In this document: positions 59,991 through 64,000 of the stretch, in pieces
How positions within the stretch are numbered: the stretch's first letter is position 1
How the letters are laid out: every line of letters starts with the position of its first letter
DNA from: an uncultured Alphaproteobacteria bacterium
Lineage (GTDB): Bacteria; Pseudomonadota; Alphaproteobacteria; Rhizobiales; Xanthobacteraceae
Reading direction: 5' to 3'
NCBI GenBank assembly: GCA_963813825.1
Contig: CAWFBB010000015.1
Span: 22,702 to 86,701, forward strand
Length of the DNA stretch: 64,000 nt
Position numbers and translations under genes: made by a program
The notes under the pieces: generated by a model
The model's database searches: none
What the model saw: only the letters and a program-made list of their open reading frames with translations
What the model was told of the DNA's origin: nothing

Positions 59991-60287
59991 TCAAAGGTCA
60001 CTCTTGAGACCGTCAAGCCGCGCCCATTCCCGCCACAGCGTCTTGGGCCTCACCGGCTTGCGGCGCCAAAGCTTTTGCTGGCACGATCGAGGGTCATCGC
60101 CGCAGCAGGTTCGCTTGCGCCGGCACGATTTTCTGACGCAGAACCTGAACGATCCCAGCAGGTCGCACTGCGCGCGAAAAATCAAATTCATGCGCTTCCG
60201 ATCCGGAATGGCCAGCCACTCTTCGAGAGTCAGCCGGCCCGAAAAACTGCGTTTGCCAATTTGCAAATATTCCTCCTTCGCAAGCAT
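59991..60287 (-). CDS. Hypothetical basic Cys/Arg-rich protein (98 aa)
   Basis: The start was set at MLAKEEY because the longer ORF runs into a REP element. No family recognised. Confidence 0.38.
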   Translation of the reverse strand: MLAKEEYLQIGKRSFSGRLTLEEWLAIPDRKRMNLIFRAQCDLLGSFRFCVRKSCRRKRTCCGDDPRSCQQKLWRRKPVRPKTLWREWARLDGLKSDL

Positions 60288-60351
60288 TGTTGCATCACGC
60301 TTGGGCGCGGGCCTCATCCTGCCCTGCGACAGCGGGGGCGGCTGATTTGTC

Positions 60352-60434
60352 GTCATTGCGAGCGCAGCGAAGCAATCCAGCGCTCAATGCAGGCGGCCCC
60401 TGGATTGCTTCGTCGCAAGGCTCCTCGCAATGAC
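60352..60434. repeat. REP-like palindromic element type A
   Basis: gtcattgcgagcgcagcgaagcaatccag...ctggattgcttcgtcgcaaggctcctcgcaatgac is a near-perfect long palindrome. Confidence 0.7.
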
Positions 60435-60497
60435 GAGTTTTCTCGTTCTCGCGACGCGCTTTTGCGCCCGAGTCATTCTTCACGCTTCAAGAAAGCT

Positions 60498-60906
60498 GCC
60501 TCGAACGGACGAGAGGCAATTTGTTTGCTCCCCCGAAAACGAGGGAGGCGGAGCGCCGAACGGCGCACCTAAGTCCAAGGTAGCCGCACCCGGAAACAGC
60601 AAGGTCCGAGCGTGGCCGCGATCCTGTAAGAGGATCGCTCGCCTTCCGGCGCTCCACCGCGGTCATGCGCCGGGGACTCTCCATCCCCAACTCGGCCCGG
60701 GCCGCGCTTCCTGGAATCACCGGATCCAAACGGGAGGACCCTCTCCGGCACCAGTGCAGCGAGCACCTCGCAGTCCGGTCACGCGCCGGACGGGACGATG
60801 CCCAAGCCGCTTGCGAGCAAAAAGTGACGAACTCCGCCCGCAAGAACCGCACCCGCTCCGTCAGTCCGCGTCTCCGGTTGACGTCCCTCACGATGAGCGG
60901 GATGGG
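60498..60906 (-). ncRNA. Candidate ~400-nt structured RNA of unknown class (copy 2 of 2)
   Basis: Reverse complement of the 3767-4169 element, roughly 85-90% identical by eye. Substitutions concentrate in loops or are pairing-preserving. The ends are approximate. Confidence 0.5.
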
Positions 60907-60909
60907 CGC

Positions 60910-60964
60910 CTTTATTCAAATAACAAACACGTTGTCAAAGCTTTTTTGATTTATTCAAATAAAT
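60910..60964 (-). promoter_or_regulatory. Candidate promoter with two palindromic operators (copy 2)
   Basis: Minus strand: ATTTATTTGAATAAAT (60949-60964), TTGACA (60933-60938) and GTTATTTGAATAAAG (60910-60924). The arrangement is identical to 3706-3760. Confidence 0.45.
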
Positions 60965-61130
60965 CGCGCGGTTATGCGATTTGATTCGCTGCGCCGCGCA
61001 CTGCGAATACGTTTCACTCCAAGAAAAGATTCGCGAAAAAGCGAATTTGTGGCTGTCAATCACTGGGTTATGCGATTTTTTATGTTTTGAAATTTTTGCA
61101 AAATTAAATCAGAGGCGTCATAGCCGGGCT

Positions 61131-61182
61131 GTAGCGAAGCAATCAATCGCTCAATGCAAGCCGCCCTGAATTGCTTCGTCGC
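61131..61182. repeat. Partial, diverged REP-like element type A
   Basis: gtagcgaagcaatcaatcgctcaatgcaagccgccctgaattgcttcgtcgc retains the inner arms only. Confidence 0.5.
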
Positions 61183-61190
61183 TTCGCTCC

Positions 61191-61628
61191 TTAGGAATCC
61201 TCGTCCGGTTCATAACGCCGTATGCCGATCACGCTCATATCGATTGCCGTGCGCGACGGTTTCGGATTTTTCCGAAGCCGCACGTAAGTCGAGCTCCGGT
61301 GCGTAACGTCCAGGCTTGAGCGCACGATATAAGGCTTGAACGCTGGGTCTTTGCGCAGCGCTCGCCTGATCCGTACGCCGAAATAACCCGTACGCACCGT
61401 TTTTCTTCGGCCGCGGCCATGCCCATGGACCAGCGAAATCCAAGGTGCGCCGGTTTGCCAAACCTGCTCGATCAGCGCCGGCAGGTTGATATCGGCAGGG
61501 TGATAACCGTGAAGGTCGATGTGCATTCCGTCGCCGCTACCGCCCGTCACTAAACGCAAGCGCTCACCATGTATAGCGCAACGTGCCGGTGCCTCTGTAT
61601 TGGCCTCGATGCCGTTTGACAGGTTCAC
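61191..61628 (-). CDS. Smr-domain-like protein
   Basis: IDLHGYHP and LVHGHGRG resemble the Smr LDLHG / HGxG motifs. The GTG start overlaps the stop of the upstream hydrolase gene by 4 nt. The start is uncertain; MHIDLHG is also possible. Confidence 0.55.
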   Translation of the reverse strand: MNLSNGIEANTEAPARCAIHGERLRLVTGGSGDGMHIDLHGYHPADINLPALIEQVWQTGAPWISLVHGHGRGRRKTVRTGYFGVRIRRALRKDPAFKPYIVRSSLDVTHRSSTYVRLRKNPKPSRTAIDMSVIGIRRYEPDEDS

Positions 61629-62485
61629 GCCGGATGCGCTGCCAGATGGGCGAGTAGCAGGGCAGCGACTTGGTCCGGCGCTTGGTCGGCAACAAAATGG
61701 CCTACGCCTGGCAACTCTACAAATTGATAGGGCGCAGCCACAAACTCCTGCGTTCCCTCCGCTGCCATTCGGCCGACAGTGTCGTCGGCGTCACCCCAGA
61801 TGTATAAAGTCGGTACTTTGATGGCACCGATGGGTGCACGGATCGCGCCGCGCGCGCGATACCAGGTAAGCGCCGCTTCCATCGTCTCGGGATTGCCGAG
61901 GACGGCTACATACTCTGCGATTGCCGCTTCGGGCACCTTGTTCGTCTTGAGCCGCTCCCGCAGCCAGCGAGCGTCGTCCGCAAGAATCCGTGCAGTCGCG
62001 TCCGCTTCAAGAAACCACCAATGATGTGATGATCGACGCTTCTGCTCGCCATCTGGTGCCGAGAGCGCGCGGTTGAATGCGTTCGGATGCGGGCGCGAGA
62101 GGACGGTTAGAGACGCAATGCGCTCCGGGTAACGGTCCGCGATACCCCAGGCGATGCTTCCGCCCCAATCGTGGCCGACGACGTGAAAACGATCACTGGC
62201 GTTACCGCAGGCAGCCGCGATGGAAAGCGCATCTTCTATCAGGTGATCGAAGCTAAAATTTATGGGCTCGCGCGTGTCCGGCCGCGCACCTGCCGAATAA
62301 CCGCGCTGGCTTGGAGCTACCGGGCGATATCCCGCTGCCGCAAGCTTTGGCATGTGCGAACGCCACATATGGAAAGTTTCCGCAAACCCATGCAGGAGCA
62401 GCAGCAGAGGCCCGTCTTCGGCGCCGCAAATCATCACGTCGAAGGTGAGATTTGGGGCGGTGGTAATCTTCTTCAGGTTGATCAT
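61625..62485 (-). CDS. Alpha/beta hydrolase (epoxide hydrolase / haloalkane dehalogenase-like)
   Basis: LLLLHGFAETFHMW and VVGHDWGGSIAW (Asp nucleophile elbow). Confidence 0.88.
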   Translation of the reverse strand: MINLKKITTAPNLTFDVMICGAEDGPLLLLLHGFAETFHMWRSHMPKLAAAGYRPVAPSQRGYSAGARPDTREPINFSFDHLIEDALSIAAACGNASDRFHVVGHDWGGSIAWGIADRYPERIASLTVLSRPHPNAFNRALSAPDGEQKRRSSHHWWFLEADATARILADDARWLRERLKTNKVPEAAIAEYVAVLGNPETMEAALTWYRARGAIRAPIGAIKVPTLYIWGDADDTVGRMAAEGTQEFVAAPYQFVELPGVGHFVADQAPDQVAALLLAHLAAHPA

Positions 62486-62611
62486 CAGCTTATGACAGGA
62501 CCAATTCAGGAAGATCGCGCTACCTAAGCCATCATATCACTGAAGGGAACTGCGCCGTAACTCACACGCGATGGGCGAGGAGCAGACATGGCGCCCAGCG
62601 ACGGAACAGTG

Positions 62612-62765
62612 TCATGGCATCGTGCCAAGTGGCGCGCCGCGCGGAAGGGTAATCATGATTTCGGTAAACTCGCCTGGCTGCGTGTCGACCTCGATCGAGC
62701 CCGCGTGTTGCTTGACCACGATGTCATGGCTGATCGAAAGCCCAAGCCCCGTCCCTTCTCCCGTC
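62612..62765 (-). pseudogene. C-terminal remnant of a histidine kinase (HATPase_c G2 box onwards)
   Basis: The minus strand translates to [49 protein letters not shown]-stop, preceded by an in-frame TGA. Weak kinase-like pieces further upstream are in other frames. Confidence 0.6.
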
Positions 62766-63000
62766 GCTCATCTACTGAAAGATGTGGGTGGCCGGAGCGG
62801 GTCCGGCCATGACGAAGAGCGGTCCTTGCGAGACTTGAAATGACCGTAGCAATTCAGCATTTAATGCGATGGGCCGGCTAGTAACTTTCAGATCGTCATT
62901 GCGGACTCGATCCGGCGATCCTGCAGCGTTTTTCAAAACGGGCTAGAGAAGAAAGAGCTTATGGGAAGCCGACGCGACACGCCGGCCTCCCGAAATAATA

Positions 63001-63192
63001 CTACTTCTGTTGCTGGCTCTTTTCGTTCGCAGTCTGCGATTGATTGCGAGCGTTTTGCGAATGCTGCTGAGCCTGCGTTGAATGCTCCTTGCCCTTGACG
63101 TGGTCATTTTTGCCATGGGCATCGGCAGCGGCACGATGCGACTTCGCTGCGTTTTCGTGCTGTTCCGCCGCCTTGTTGTGTTCGTCCTTCAT
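63001..63192 (-). CDS. Small hydrophilic His/Lys/Gln-rich protein (63 aa)
   Basis: MKDEHNKAAEQHENAAKSHRAAADAHGKNDHVKGKEHS... Helical repeat-like composition of the kind seen in small stress-induced proteins. Lower-GC DNA. Confidence 0.55.
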   Translation of the reverse strand: MKDEHNKAAEQHENAAKSHRAAADAHGKNDHVKGKEHSTQAQQHSQNARNQSQTANEKSQQQK

Positions 63193-63403
63193 GGTGTTTT
63201 CTCATTGTTGGCCGAAGAGTGTCGGCTGTACACACTAACGGCGTTAATAGTGGCCTCACCAAGTGGCAACGGTGTCTTTAATGAGTTGCTCCGGCGGAAC
63301 TCCCGACGATTGTGGACGTCTCATCTCGTTACTATACGTAAGGTCGTATTTTTTAGCGTTTGGGTCTAAGCTTGGGGGCAATTCCATCCAATCGAGGTCT
63401 TCA

Positions 63404-63640
63404 GTGCAAAAGCGTAGCGTCGTTCGCCTCCCGACTAACGATGAAGCGAAAAGCGAAGTGGAAGAAAAACTTCGGAAGCAGCAGCTGACGAAGCCGCTGA
63501 CTGAAAGGGAGATGATGACGTTCTGCGAGGCGATGGTCAGAAACCTTGAATTGAATACCGGCGCGCTATCAGACGTTCGCAGGTGGGCACAAGACTGGCA
63601 GTCCACATGGCTCCGCTCCCCTCGCAGCTCATCCCTTTGA
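63404..63640 (+). CDS. Hypothetical protein (78 aa), weak call
   Basis: GTG start with GAGG 6 nt upstream. The competing longer antisense ORF (63256..63729) looks less protein-like. No family recognised. Confidence 0.3.
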   Translation: MQKRSVVRLPTNDEAKSEVEEKLRKQQLTKPLTEREMMTFCEAMVRNLELNTGALSDVRRWAQDWQSTWLRSPRSSSL

Positions 63641-64000
63641 CAAAGGAGAGCCGCTCTTAGATCGCCTTCGATACGCCTGTTTCGTGCCAATTCCCGTTTG
63701 TAGCTGGCGACCGAGCGCCTCTCAGCCACTCCAGACGAGTATTGCCAAGGCGTTCAACAATAATGTTGCCTGATTCGGATATCGGCTTGCGCGCAATTCA
63801 CCGCCCTTAAGTCGTCGATTGGTCTAAGGCGGTAACATCGGAACTGCAGCGCAAACATTTCGGAAAAGTTAGAGGCACTGTCTCTCCAGGTGTCCACTGT
63901 TGAGCAAGTGCATAATCCGCTGTGAAACGCATGCGGCGTTGGCGGCGTGGACGATTGCTGACAAAATCGGTAACTGACTCATCGCGTCCCAACCGGAGTA

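Noticed and set aside
63256-63729. A 157-aa minus-strand ORF near the right edge.
   Set aside because: It is Ser/Arg/Leu-rich with no RBS or family resemblance. The shorter + strand ORF has a better start context, but that call is also weak.
63807-63992. A 61-aa ORF at the window end, considered as a possible integrase or transposase fragment.
   Set aside because: It has no recognisable recombinase or transposase motif. It is too short and runs into the window edge.

Overview
The window looks like a high-GC alphaproteobacterial chromosome segment. Gene order (tig-clpP-clpX-lon, glnB-glnA, glnII, rplM-rpsI, ihfA/fabH-plsX-yceD, hppA) and the gtcattgcgagcg... REP-type palindromes are what I associate with Bradyrhizobiaceae/Nitrobacteraceae. 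That placement is inference and is not verified. Most of the window is core housekeeping: proteostasis, nitrogen assimilation, lipid synthesis and ribosomal proteins, plus 2 tRNAs. There is also one exopolysaccharide cluster (42.4-51.6 kb) and many small conserved hypotheticals.

The most unusual item is a ~0.55 kb non-coding element present twice in inverted orientation (3622-4170 and 60498-61045). It has a promoter-like region bracketed by two AT-rich palindromes, followed by ~400 nt of hairpin-rich sequence. Differences between the two copies tend to preserve base pairing. I read it as a candidate structured RNA of a class I cannot name.

Other points of interest:
- The left edge ends in an AT-rich, SIR2-like ORF that abuts a decayed MaoC-gene fragment, which may be the junction of an acquired or defence island lying outside the window.
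- A lower-GC block carries a solitary ku and a PRC-barrel gene with a near-consensus EcfG-type promoter.
- Clean -24/-12 promoters precede glnII and glnB.
- At least six genes have frame disruptions. Two of these sit at short homopolymers (T5, G6), so assembly indel error must be excluded before calling them pseudogenes.

I found no CRISPR array, transposase, integrase or rRNA.
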